Below are positions 37,421 to 51,100 of a DNA stretch of 64,000 nt, piece by piece; the first letter of the stretch is position 1, and every line of letters starts with the position of its first letter. The notes beneath the pieces were generated by a model, which was not told the DNA's origin, ran no database searches, and saw nothing but the letters and a program-made list of their open reading frames with translations. Source of the DNA: Albugo candida (lineage: Eukaryota); contig JBDOQK010000054.1 of assembly GCA_040437565.1 (NCBI GenBank), positions 1 to 64,000 on the forward strand, given 5' to 3'. Position numbers and translations under genes: made by a program.

Positions 37421-40400
37421 TTCTTGAAAAGAAACATCAAGATGTTGAATATTGAACTAAGATCAGTCATTGTTAGACACTTCGGCATATCCCTAGGCAC
37501 CGAACATGATCGCGCGGTAGTAAGGAGTTCTTATGTTCGGTGGACGACCAAGCATCACGACAAAAGTTGAGAAGAAAGGTTTATGCACGGATTGATGTCC
37601 CATGATATGTATAGCGGCGGTTTTGCCGAATTTTGATATAACTGCAGACTTAGTCCGATTCAAGGTTCGCTCGAATTACCAAATCAAAGCAACGCTGCAT
37701 TAAGCATATGATTGTGAATAAATCTGTTATATGCCTTGTGTGTCTTTTCGTTTGTTGTCATCGTAATACATTTATCTCTTCTCCTTCGGTATATATGCAT
37801 GNNNNNNNNNNNNNNNNNNNNNNNNNNNNNNNNNNNNNNNNNNNNNNNNNNNNNNNNNNNNNNNNNNNNNNNNNNNNNNNNNNNNNNNNNNNNNNNNNNN
37901 NTTGAGAAGAAAGGTTTATGCACGGATTGATGTCCCATGATATGTATAGCGGCGGTTTTGCCGAATTTTGATATAACTGCAGACTTAGTCCGATTCAAGG
38001 TTCGCTCGAATTACCAAATCAAAGCAACGCTGCATTAAGCATATGATTGTGAATAAATCTGTTATATGCCTTGTGTGTCTTTTCGTTTGTTGTCATCGTA
38101 ATACATTTATCTCTTCTCCTTCGGTATATATGCATGGAGGTTAGCATCTCTGCATTCGTTCAAGTGGTATTCTGAGACATGACTAGATTAACTGCATCGC
38201 CGAAGATATTGCGAGTACAGGTCAGATATGTGCGCTGGATAATCGAAGGGTTTCTAAAAAAGCTTGTACAGCAAATTGCGATATGCATTTCAATGCGTCA
38301 AATCGGAAAGAATACATGTTGGCAAATCATAAATAGAGGAAAAAATTATTGCTACAAACAACCTAAAAGGCGAGTATTAACTTGCATAGCTTATGCAACA
38401 TAATCACAGTATCTGTTCATCGAGGCAATGTTACTTCTAGTATTTCGATCATCTTATTGTGATTCAATAATCTCAGGCATTGTGTCTTTTTTGCTTCGTC
38501 CTCGCATCGACGTTTACGCTTCTCTGTTCGTGGCAGGTGATGGGTGAAGATTCGGCTACATATGGATATCAGAATTCGTGCTTTGATGCTTTCAGCAAAC
38601 TTCATGAGACTAGCGGGAATAGGTGCTTATCGAAGCGCGCTTACTGTAGTGATCGCTTTGTTTACACGTGGTTGCTTTGGTAGAGGAGAAGTTCGGAAAA
38701 AGAAAGTATGATGTTGATGATTTCAAGTTCTGGCTCAGAGAAGAGAGTAGACTGAAAAAATTCTGTAAGGAAGAGAGTCAAGAACCTCACCAGTAAGTTG
38801 ACATCAATGAGATTGAGAGATGATTGCATAGTTCGGTATCGATCCTTTTGCTGGATGTACGTAGGTCCTCGGTCGCCAGAATATATGGATATATATATCC
38901 ACGTTTGTATGATGTTCCCGATCTCGGGAGCTTTCCTCTTTATGGCGATTCTTCGACTAAATGGATGAATTAATTTGACAGCAAGCGGATAGAAGCGTGA
39001 TCATCGTTACGATTTACTTGTCTCTAGAATTCGCTGAGCGAGCTACGCGTGGATGATCTGCGATAAACGATAATTTTGGTGAATGACGAGATACTTCAAT
39101 GAAGTGCATTGAAAAAAAATATTTATGCATGATTGGGTGACAACGTGAACTGACTGGGAATCTCCCTTACAAAAGTCGCATGTCTCAAACCGAGTGATAG
39201 CCCAAGCGGCCATTTTTTTATGGATTTAAGCTGGCAGTAGCATGCGTCTTATGTTTCGCGAGAGCAATGCAACCGTAATCATGACAAAACTGATGTGATA
39301 CATAACAGCGTTGCGAATTTCTGATCTGTATGTGCTCGGTTTCTCTCAAATAGGAGAATATAATGAGGCTTGTGTAGCAACGGAAGGACTATCGGACTTG
39401 TTGGAGTTTGCATTGATAATTAATCGAGACATGAATTGGTTCAAAAGTGCTGCCTAAGTGTGTTTGATAGCACAAATACGCTCCTAAGATTCTTGTGGAG
39501 GTGGTACTCATTCAATTTCGTTCGACGTTCGGATCGCGGGATACTTGATAGTATGCAGCAATGATGTCAAATGGTGCGATATTATCCCGTGTAAAACGTA
39601 CCGAATGATCGATGTGGAGAGAGCGAACAGAGCGACTGAACACAAGGTGTACTGAATATTACTTCAATTGCGATGAAAATGGCAAGGAGGAGCTGCTTGA
39701 GAAGGAATTTAGGAACATCTGTTACGATTCGCTACCAAAAAAGCAAGCGCGTGACTACTTTTGTAAAGCAAGAAATGATTTGCGTATATGAAATGAAGAA
39801 AATCGAATTTGATAAAAACAATTTTAATTACAAATATTATGTCATCTGGAACAAGACTTGGTCAGTAGAATGACCATGGTACAGCATATATGCCTCGTGA
39901 ATCAAAGTGAAGATCTTTCATTTCGTGTAGAGTAGAGCTGCTTTGCGATAATGTTGTAATAAGGCGAAGCGTTATTTACATCAAGTTCTCAATAAAAAAT
40001 AGCGCTGACACAATACTGTATTGCACCGGAGTCCATACTGAGAAAATTTATAACTATCTCACTAAAGATTCGACTGACACCATTTCAGGCAACCTAAAAG
40101 CACAAAATCAGGTTTTCCACAAGATGGACGGGCTCAACCCCGAGTAGATTATTATCCACTCATAATTGACTAAACTTAACGTTTATCAACATGCGACTCA
40201 GTCAGCTGTTTATGGAAAAATAATATGATTATTCTTGTCGCTTCCAGTGTAAATGAGATTGGCAGAAAGTGCGTTGAAAAATTCCTCTGACTTCTCGGTA
40301 GGATAGATAGAGGTGAATTTCATTTTTCATGTGAAAAGATAAGATGTGTAAGCAGGAAGGATCTATTTCAATGCTTTGATATCAGAAATTTATAGTTGAT

Positions 40401-41468
40401 CCAGCTCGCTGTGAGAACGAGATGTACGCTGATGAATCTTTCCCATATCAGCATGGTGCTAATAGCTTATGTAACGAAAGACAAGAACGAGCATATAAAT
40501 GGCTATGAGCCGCTCTTGTGTACAACGGAATGCTTCGAGCTGAATGTTGTATAGCATAAATCCACTTGCTCATATATTTTCTAGATTGATTTCTATGTGC
40601 TTCCTAAAGTGCCTATCGAAAGGAATGATATCGCTCGTGAATCAAACGCCTCTTGCCCTAAGTCTTACCTCTTACAGATTGATGTGTTGAATTGGTTTTT
40701 ATTATCATACCTATTAGCAGTATAGAATCTTAGCCGCGAATGCAATGAAGCATCTTCACACGTTATTTGCTCACTTTGCTCCATTGCCGCCTTCTTGGAT
40801 GCTATCAGCTGATTCTACCTTCTGTCGTTTATTTGTAAGAAAAGGCTTTACTTATTTCANNNNNNNNNNNNNNNNNNNNNNNNNNNNNNNNNNNNNNNNN
40901 NNNNNNNNNNNNNNNNNNNNNNNNNNNNNNNNNNNNNNNNNNNNNNNNNNNNNNNNNNNACCAGAAATCGCCAAAAAAGGATGCTCCCGCTCTTTCTGTG
41001 CTTCGAAGTCTCTATGTGGATGTGCCTACTATTCTAGAATAAATACTGAAGTTGCCTCATTTGGTTTGGGCTCTCTGTCCAGTGGACACCACGTCCGAGA
41101 AGCCATTTAATACACTTAAAAATGTGCTACGAATCGAATTGAATACCTTCCTACTCCTGTTCCGAAGTTTTATGATGATACGCACGAGCCGTTTTTGGTG
41201 TTCAAACCGAGTAACATGTCAAGACAGGATTCAAAATTTCCATAAAATCTATAGGAACCTCAGAGAAGCGTGAAGAAAGGGCTATCGAGTACTTTATCAA
41301 ATATTCCACTGTACACGTGCGCTTGAGGGTGAGGGGACTTCCTTCACTCCTATTCTTTTGCTGTCTTCTAGAACTCTATCGTGGAAAGTACGGGATGTGC
41401 CAGGTTCTTTAAACCTCCTAGCATTGTTCTAGAAGCAAGCGACTTGTGTTTTCATTTCACCGGATTTT

Positions 41469-41485
41469 GCTCATTTTTTATTTTT
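41469..41485 (+). promoter_or_regulatory. INR/FPR-like core promoter motif
   Basis: gctcattttttattttt just upstream of ATG 41490. A second tcattt..atttt motif lies about 20 nt further upstream. Confidence 0.4.
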
Positions 41486-41489
41486 CCAT

Positions 41490-42974
41490 ATGGGTTTATC
41501 AACTCGCCTCCTTCAACTCTGTACTGCCATAGCATCATATGCGCTTGTGTCCGTTGCGAAGCCTAACCTATTGAAGTCACTCCATGGCAGCATGAGTCGG
41601 CCTTTATTAGACGCACTCGAGAACGTGATCACACGTCAAAAGAAGTGCATGGCCATAATCGACTTTGGTGGCACTCTATACAAGCGCAATCTTATATTAT
41701 CAAATCGAGCATATGAAATTTGCGTTCACCCCGGATCAATTTCACGAAGTATTCTACTTCTCTACCGAGGATACGAAGCATTTGTTTTGATAGAGATCTT
41801 CTGGCGGTTGATCATAAGGGAGAAGCTATACCCAGTACCAACTTTTACGCTACTCTTCATGGTTATTACAAAGAATTATACGATTGGAAGCATGTCAGTT
41901 CTCTGCAAGATATAAGAACCACCACAACGTTCCAGCAATTCAAGTTATTGATGTTGTTTTATCACCAACAGTTTACGAGGATGATGAAAGAAAACGAGGG
42001 ATGCAGAAAGTTGGGAAGATACCAAGTAAGCAGATGGTGGCTTTACATGCCAATAAAATCTGTCAAAACGCTGGCTTATGAAATGGGGCAGTACAAGGCG
42101 GAGATTGTCGAGAATGTGAAAGTGGAAGGTAAAGCCACTATAAAAAAACAGAAAGTAAGTGTCAAATATGTGTTTGACTTTACACTCTTTGAAGCACCAG
42201 TCGAATTGATTCGCATTCTCAACGATTACGGTATTTATACACTCATTCTGACCGGAGCAGAGCACACTATGGTTTCTCATTATAACGAAAAAGCCATCCA
42301 TGCTACGTCTGCGTACGCCGTCCAATACACTCACAATGCACCGGAAGAGATGGCACATGATTCATTGTACACGGCCACTTTTGCCGGATTTGTGGAACCA
42401 GCCACCACTCCTCCAATCTTGGAAGGAAAGTCTCAAATTATCCATCAGATAATGGACATAAAGCGACTTGAACCATGTATTGTGTTGGCCGACTCCGCGT
42501 CAGATTATGGCATGGTCNNNNNNNNNNNNNNNNNNNNNNNNNNNNNNNNNNNNNNNNNNNNNNNNNNNNNNNNNNNNNNNNNNNNNNNNNNNNNNNNNNN
42601 NNNNNNNNNNNNNNNNNTTTGTGGAACCAGCCACCACTCCTCCAATCTTGGAAGGAAAGTCTCAAATTATCCATCAGATAATGGACATAAAGCGACTTGA
42701 ACCATGTATTGTGTTGGCCGACTCCGCGTCAGATTATGGCATGGTCGAGCCAATGAAGGAAGGCATCGTCATCGCTGTTCAAAGTGCTGGACATTTTCCC
42801 TTCCATGACTTTGTCATAAAGCGACATCCTGAAGCAAAAGGAGGCCGTGGCCCGGTGCACGTTTTCAAGCAGTACATCAAAGATGGTAATTGGGTGTCTT
42901 ACGTCAATCATGAAGACCCCTCTACAAGCTCACTCATGTTTAAGCCTGAATATCCTGGTTTCAAGGTACGTTAA
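41490..42974 (+). pseudogene. Secreted HAD-superfamily hydrolase (bacterial-type family), two frameshifts; pseudogene or sequence error
   Basis: Signal peptide MGLSTRLLQLCTAIASYALVSVA. Motif I AIIDFGGTL. A different frame gives AILYYQIEHMKFAFTPDQF. A third frame gives motif II (TLILTGA) and motifs III/IV (EGKSQII..PCIVLADSASDYGMVE). The 129-bp duplication across the gap is an artefact. Confidence 0.75.
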
Positions 42975-45900
42975 AATTCTAAAGCGTGGATTTGCTGGCA
43001 GTCCTAGTCATCGAGTGACAGATGTAGCTCAGCAAGAGAACGGCAATAATATGCATCAGACGTACTCGGATAATTGTGTAGTTTTTTAAGCTTCAAATAT
43101 ATCTGAGATTTCTAAATTGAAGCGTGCAATGACGCGCGGCAAAAACGATGTCTCTCTTACGCAGAACACTGCAAAACTCACGTACATATACAAATACATG
43201 TAAAGGTACCTACAATTGTCGTCACTTCGAAATTCCGTACCTCATAATTATGTGGATTCTATCGGTATATTCGCCATGAATCAATGTAAGTCAAGGATCA
43301 CTTAGCTGTTGTTTTGATTATTGACAGTGATTTGAAGTCTACTTGTGAATCAAGCAATCCAATGCAATACCATAAAGTTGATCGCGTTGATCATTGTTTC
43401 GTTAATTCGAATGATTTCCTGTCGACCATTAGCTTCATATCGCTGATTTTATATTCGCTGCGTTGTCTAACTCACAGCCGAGTGTGATAAACTCATTGAT
43501 GACGCATTATATGCAGGCAATCGTTGCAGAGGATTATGTTCTGGCCAGACCACAACTTTTCTGTGGTATTCTTATGGATGGTGTTGGGCGTATTTTAGTG
43601 AGCGCTGAGTCTCTCTACCTATGGAAGATACGATACATGTGTCTATTTCAATATTGCTGTACGCTTTCTTCAGCATCAAGACTCATTCTTACAAAACAAG
43701 ACGTTTATAGGCGGATTCGATGGATGCAGAGAGAAAAACTATCTGTTGGAACGGAAAATATTCATCAGCGCATGATATCTGCGTCAATCCTGTAAATTAT
43801 CATTATTTTAGCATTCTTCATTTGGTCACCGGCTTTGTACCATCAAAGTATAGCGCTTGACGACAACTCCTTTCTTGTTTGGTATAGAATTGCGGAGCTA
43901 TACTTGGAAAGCTCCGAGATGACCTTGCTCGATTGGCTATCGTAAAGTAGAGAATCCAGGTGCAGAAATTTCGCTCTTCCGAGACCCCTGAATGTAGGAT
44001 GGCCATCACAAGCTCTGTATTTCTTAATCATTCTAATCTCTGATGGTCGTGTAGCGCTCTATCATGTCCCGTTCATCAATTGTATCGACTAAACTGGTGC
44101 GAGAATCGACCCAACGCTTCCAGAAGTCAGCTTTGGCAAAAATGGGACCTTCTCGTGAAAACTTTGATGTAAATTTCTTCCGTTTTTTATGATCGCGTGG
44201 GTTCCTTGCGCTGTTGCTCGCTCACTTTCCTCTTGAATCGTGTCAATTGAGTAAATCGCACTGGATGCAACAAGATCAACTGAAAGTACCGCTTGCGTAT
44301 GAAGATGGCTACGCTATCCATCATAAACCGACGCTTCTTGCGGCCTTCGAATGTCATTGAAGAGATATAGAGATAATAAAGAGTTTCTTGGAACAGTAAG
44401 GTACAACAAAAGATCTAGCAAAATGTTGGGAAAGCAGGAGCGACAAAATTGACTCGATAATAGCTTAAGCGAGCTCAAAACACTTGACATTCCATCAGGT
44501 TGGTGGTCTGAATAACTATCACCCGATACGAGAATTATATGCGTGATGCTGTCAACAATACACTGCTAGAGTAATTGAAAGTTCAGGATAGCTTATAAGA
44601 AGACAAAATCTGTGTATCTCACAATCAGCTTTGGACTACAATACTCAATCCATACCAAAGCGACAAGAGAACAATATATATAAGTGGAGAAAGGAGAATG
44701 TTACACATTCTCCATCGATAATGGCCAAGAAACCTTGTATCAAAGTATACTTGGGTGCACAACAAGAAAAGCTGCCTCGGATCAGCAAGCAGGATGAGGC
44801 ATCGGCAAAAGACCCATTCCTTGAAGATTATGATTCACAAAGAAGACTAAAGGAGGGGTGAGGACATGATCCCTGTTCAAAAAGCCGGAACGGTAACTGC
44901 GAACAAGCAAGTCGAGCTGGACGCTTGATGTGCTAATGGAGGTCCGTGCGTGAACGAATGTAGAAATGTGCATCATATATTACTAGATTATTGACAGCTC
45001 ATGCTAGAACAGGCAAGGAGAGGATATTTGTTCTTGTAAGTTATACTGGGAGTGCATCCTCTGGCTGGATGCCAAATGAAAGCCAGTGTTATTCTTCCAA
45101 CAAGAATGTACATTTCAATTCGAATGAAGGGAGTGAGAGAACCCGAAAAATAATTGTCGTACTTTTTGATTCACTCGCTTATATAAAACTTTATTTCTGA
45201 CTTGTGGCGCTGTATGTTCGTCAATACATTGCTTCTCATCATGGTTGGTATGCATTTAGCGACCCAGCATTCCAAGATAGCTGTAGATCAGCGCAACATC
45301 AGTACAAGGAATGCTTAAAGTTGAATACAAATCCATACACAATGGTACGTCGTGTAGTAGCAGGCGAGGTTTCTGGATTACCAAATGAATTAGTAAATAA
45401 TGAGCTGTAGTGACATGGTAGCTACACCGTATTGTATGGAAGAAGGCAAGCCGAAACACCAACATATGTCAGCTATGGCATCAAGTATGAGCACGATAAC
45501 ACAAGTCTATGGAGTATGATAGCCGGCTTGCCAGGTAGTGAGACCTCTGTTTTGGGTTCCCAATATCTCTTGTAATAGTGTCGGATGTACTTCTGCAGTC
45601 CAGCATCCGGGCTGACAAGAGGCTACGGCGCGGGTGCGAGGAGAAGGGCATAAGCTGCTTGGTAAGCTCGATTAAAGTCAGGAAGGTCCTCACCCATTTG
45701 TTGCGTAGCCTTCAACAGAGAAAGAATTAGTGGCTCTCATGCATACTCATATTAGCAAATTGCTTTTGGCTGTGCGAATCAGCTCTTATATGTTATTGAA
45801 AATGGATAGCCGACACATCGTTTGTACGAAAAGCATTCAATTTCTCGAGCACTATCGAGATGAACTATTTCTAGGCTTTCTAAGACCAAGATTGCAGCTG

Positions 45901-47845
45901 ACCTTTACGATTCACTTCGCCGCAGTTAGTAAGCACTGATGAGATTGCATAAAGCTTGTGTGCAGTTGATCATGCAAGATCGAACTTTTGTCGCTGCATA
46001 TTTAATTTATGCTGTAGGTCGCCGACTTCAGGTTTGGTGACTATCACTACAGTTTTCACAGAGTGGCGTGCGTTCTTCAAAGGATCTATTGCATTGAATT
46101 ACTTAAAATGTTGCAGGCTGTCGGGAGTGTAATGGCTATAGGTGTCGAATGCATACAGCAAAAATGCAATGCTTACAATCGCGAAGGCTTTGCTAGTCGG
46201 AATAAACTTTTCGAAACACCACAAGATCGTATCAAGCAGCATTTCAACCACGGACTGTCTGCACCTATGCTATCAAGCGGCATAAAGAGAAGTGGTAGTT
46301 CAAGCTTCAAAAGGGTAAGAACTATGTACAACAATTGAAGACCTGATAAAAGCATTCTTTGCAAGTAGAACGCCGTGGGCTAAAGTACAAATGCATGCTT
46401 ATCAGGATGGTTCAGTAGATCAGTCGATCGTCGCCCTGAAATGATTACAACATGAGATATAGTACGCATGATATCGTTGAGCCATTGGAAACTTGCATCA
46501 TGCCAATCGGTCATGCATTGAGATAAGGTCAATTCTGAACAATAATACACTTCAACGACAGATACCTAATGACCCTTTTTCATATGATATAACACTTTGT
46601 CGATTACGAGGCAACCTGCAGAGAATATGGATATACAGCGACCCATTTGATTTTCGCTGCTTTGAAAAGGTATCAATAAGCATTTCCGATCGTAAAATCC
46701 CAATAATTCATTCATACTATTCTGCATTTCGCTTCACTTGACACGTATGCCGAAAAATCAGAGGGAACAGGCGAGCGTTCAATAACATTCAGGATGTCAG
46801 TCTGTCTACAACGCGACTCCTGTCGCTACGTGGAGATCGTTAGACTGCAACAATCCAAAAGTAAGGTCGGAAGAAAATCTTTGATCATGAATTCTCATCA
46901 AATCATCGATGGAAGGTCGTGTGGTCGAATAAAAGAGTTCTGGCTTGCACAACAAAGAGAAAAGCCACGTGCTTGAACTGACAAAGCTGTAGTGATGACT
47001 ATATTTCATGCGTGTTCTGGTACGAAGGAAGCTCGTACGTCAGTCTATTGTACGAAGCAATTAATAATCCGAGTGCCAATGCATTCTGCGAGTATCACTT
47101 CTTGTCCCCGAGACTTTTACTTGATCAAATTTGGAATTCTATACCGAGAGTTTATCAATAGGTAAGCATAGTTACCCATCTGCTGGCTCCATTGCCAATG
47201 CCTCTCTCAAACTATAAATGTCATCAATCAGCGCTTTACTCTGCTTTGTCTGAGGATATTTCCAGCTCCGTCAATCGATTCGAATTTGAGCCTTATCGTC
47301 TGAGAATTGAAGTTTTTTCGGTGTGTCGAGAAGAAGGCTTCCAGGACTTGTAATTCGCTTCAAGTTTCTGCCGTGTCAACTCGATTTCGAGTATCGTGGA
47401 GTCTCAAAACTGCCCTTCCTCGACATGCACTATTCGTGTTGCGCGTAGGTAAAGTCGTCATTTTAGTGCTCACACAGACTTGGCTCACAGCACATTCCAT
47501 CGACTTTCGACTTTGGATCAACTTTGGAATTAGCTCGCACCACGGCCGTGCGTATCGTTGGGTCTATTCGGCCTCGTTGCGGTCCTTTAAAGCGTTGTGA
47601 GGTCACTCAAATGCCTTAGCAGCAATTCGAGTCGATACTAAACGTCCAAGTCGATCAATCTGATTCTCTCATCATTGAGATAACTGCACAATATTCCAGC
47701 AATAACAATGTATATTAATCAAGATAACTCCCACTCCAATGAGATTCCCGTCATCATCCTTGGGGGCATCAAAGCCCTCTCCTCACTCCTTCCTTACTAT
47801 CGCGAGCAGCTCACTGTAGCTGCTCTGAGCGTGTCTATCCGTCAA

Positions 47846-49677
47846 TTATACTTTGCCCAATTCGGCCTCTACTTCTTCTTCGTCATCAGAAGGAGATGAT
47901 CCGCCCTCCAGCCATTCATCAAAGCTCGCTGCGCGATTCTGTTCTTCGACCTTTGATTCCCGATGCGTGTAATCTTCTCCGTCCCAGTACTGACAATCAA
48001 TCTTTCGTCCAGCAAAAAATCGGCCTTTCATCACTTCGAGGCATTTTGCAGCACTTCCGCTTGACGCGAATTTCACGACCACGATACCATCTTCATGATG
48101 ACCAAAGAGAGTTATTTTGTTGATTTCCCCGAGCTTTACAAGTTCTTGTTCAATGTCCTCCAATATTTCCTTTTCATACAATTCGTCTGCAGAGAAAAAT
48201 CATCGTGAAACTTTGTCAAATGACAGATTCTTCGCCGTACAGACCCGTGATTTCCTGCGGACAAAATAAATGCTTCAAGACGACAATTCTCAGCCCGTAT
48301 TTCTCATCATCTTGGCCTTCATTCCACGATAAAGCCTGTCGATACAATTTGTGATTCGTACTTATTCGCTACGTCGTACACGCATACCTTTTCTTGTTCG
48401 ATTCGCTTCACTTTCGTCCTCGCGTCTATTTTCATTTTCTTCTTTGCTACAAATTCGTCTCCTTTTTGTTGAAATACCGCCGGTGAGACATCAATACGCC
48501 AGCTACAACAAAGCGACGTGAATTCGTATCTCACTGGTAGTACATCACATACTCGGGTCGAAACTCGGACTGATCGAGAAGCTGTGTTGCCAATTCCACG
48601 GATGCCTCCTTCATGTAACAAATAGCTGCATCGCCCTACATCCAAATAGCCACACGCGTGTCTCTTTCCATCATCTCGAGTCCATCCGGAATCCTTACAT
48701 TCAGCCCGCCTTGATCTTTGGTATGATACAATTTGATCCGTGGTTGCTCGTCTATGAGGTCTTTCTGAATGACCCCACATTTTGAAAAATACTCTGCTAC
48801 TTCCTGGATCGTTGTATCGAGCGGTAAGCCATTCACATAGATCCAAGTTTTCTGCTTGCTTCGTCTCCATCGATTGCTTGCTTTACTCTTTTTCTTCCGT
48901 TTGCGTTTCGGTTCCTGTGTGGTTTCCTCATTATTTTCTGAGATACTTTTCTTCATTTCGTCTTTTCCATCGGTTTCCGTCGTCGGATGTATACGTTTCG
49001 TGTAGTCACGTTCCGGTAAACTTTCGACAACTTCCTGGAGAGCATTCAATTCCTCTTCGATTTTGTCTTGTGGTGTGACGTATTGTCTCGTTTCTTGATC
49101 GAAAACGTATTCTTTCCCATCTTCGGCGACGAATGCTGAAGCAGCTCTGTATCCATTCATTAGAGAGGTTCTATCTCTCAATCGCACAACGCACTTACGT
49201 TTCTACAAAGACTTGATCGGATGCAGGGAAGCTTTCTTGTTGTCGGATAAGCTCTTCTTGTTGATCGATTTCTTGGTTCATTTCGTTGATCACTTGTTTC
49301 AGAGCTTCGACTTGACAGAGAGGCAGACGATTGGCCTCGGTTCCGTCTGTCCATACAACTGTCAATCCGTCCACTTTTCCATCCATAAACAATTCCAATA
49401 GACTTTCCGTGCTAATTGGACCCTGTTGCAGGTCTTCTGACGTCAAGAAAAACCAGCGTAGACGCCAGGTAGCGCATAGAGTGTCAAACGGAGCCACAGA
49501 ATGGAGTGGTTTCCATTCTTTAAGACCAGACTTCCAAACGAGTTGATCCGATTTGAGAATGTCTTTACGAAAAAGCTTTTTCATCATGCAATCTGTCAAT
49601 GGGCCGCGTTGAGAGCCATTGTGTGCGTCTATATACATCCACACAGCTGTGTTGGACATTCGATGTAGCGTTGTCAT
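47846..49677 (-). CDS. HTATSF1: HIV Tat-specific factor 1 / CUS2-like U2 snRNP splicing factor with two N-terminal GYF_2-like domains; multi-exon
   Basis: RRM1 WIYVNGLPLDTTIQEVAEYFSKCGVIQKDL..PRIKLY..GDAAICYMKEASVELA. UHM IVVLKHLF..GIVVVKF..MKGRFFAGRKI..WDG. In-frame GT-AG introns (e.g. 49198-49147, 48698-48636). 3' end uncertain. Confidence 0.93.
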
Positions 49678-49964
49678 TTTGAAACCTTATACAGTCCGAA
49701 TATAATGTGTGGCTCATTCACAGCAGTCAGACAGTGAGAGGGAAGAGGAAGAGCGACTTATACGATGCGATTGAACACTATGTAACGCTTACAAACACTG
49801 AGAGACTACTTTTCTATCCGTACGAATTGGGAAATGACTCCAAGGAAGAGATACAACACACATCAAACGCTGTACAGTCAGTCGGTAGCGAGTGGCTGTG
49901 AGGAATGCAAATGCGCTGATACCGCGTGATACCGGTCGACCAGAAACGCTATTCAGCGAATTCG

Positions 49965-50518
49965 ATGAGCGACACAGAAATGCGCGAGTCGATGCTATTT
50001 GCAGTGGGTACAATATGTGAAATGGAAGGTACAAAAGTCTCTGTGTACAATTCCTTTCATTCGGTGTCGTTTTTTAGATCAAAAGCAATGCGAGCGGTAT
50101 GCTGAGACTTCCGACACGGAAGGGAGACGTAAACGTCCAACGACGTCCAAAGAGACTCTCACGATACTGACCGATGTACTGATGCGACAAGCACAATGTG
50201 CGTTCACTGATACATTTCCATCAAAGCGTACGCTTACTATGACTCAGTGATGGCGACAGAGTTGCGGCATTTCGCGCATCACGCGAATCGCAAAGTAATC
50301 AAATCAGAGGATGTATTACTATGTGCCCGAAGACAGCCACAAATCGTTCGTATCGAACTGATGCACTTGACAACCACTCATACCGACGTGTTGTATAGAC
50401 GCAAGCGCTGATAGCCTTTCAGCAAACGCAATTGAAGAAAACGAGCAAGAAACGCAAATCTCTCGACCGTAGCGAGCTCCACGGAGCCGTAAACAGTGTA
50501 AATAGAAAGCATTACTAA
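49965..50518 (+). CDS. CENPS: Centromere protein S / MHF1 histone-fold protein, 4 exons
   Basis: Spliced translation MSDTEMRESMLFAVGTICE..SKETLTILTDVLMRQAQLMATELRHFAHHANRKVIKSEDVLLCARRQP..KKRK. Three short GT-AG introns keep the frame. Confidence 0.88.
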
Positions 50519-51100
50519 CGTACCACAGAGAGTTCGGTCGCGTAGACAGCCTTTGTGCCAGCTGTACATTACAACTCGGCACGGGTTTCCGCCTCAAAAC
50601 GCTGAGAAATCGCACGCGACATTTCATTACAACTTATGAAAGCAGCTGCTTCCAAGAATTAAATCATGCGACATCACACGTCGTATGATGTGACTTGGAC
50701 TCTCTATACTGAGACTTTGAATGCGTCGCGTCTATAACACGCAGTCTGTGCTTTGTAGAAAATTCTCTTTCTAATCGTATCACTTTATCACTTTGGAAAT
50801 GGCATTTACTTACGACGCAAACGTATTCGAATCGACTTTCCACATGAACACACTTCCCGACGACGAACTGAATCTCTCCGAGTCGGACGAGGCTTTATTT
50901 CTGAGTATTTGTGCTTCCGATACAGTCTCGCCAGCCAATTCTCCGACATCTTCGATTCTACGGCCCCANNNNNNNNNNNNNNNNNNNNNNNNNNNNNNNN
51001 NNNNNNNNNNNNNNNNNNNNNNNNNNNNNNNNNNNNNNNNNNNNNNNNNNNNNNNNNNNNNNNNNNNNCTTTCTAATCGTATCACTTTATCACTTTGGAA

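Noticed and set aside
37567..38136. Exact ~235-bp direct repeat on both sides of a gap
   Set aside because: Identical sequence ends one contig and begins the next, i.e. an unmerged contig overlap.
42389..42746. Exact ~129-bp duplication inside the HAD gene
   Set aside because: It flanks a 100-N gap; assembly overlap, not an internal repeat.
43000..47700. Many short ORFs on both strands
   Set aside because: No recognisable motifs. Possibly old pseudogene debris, but not supportable by eye.
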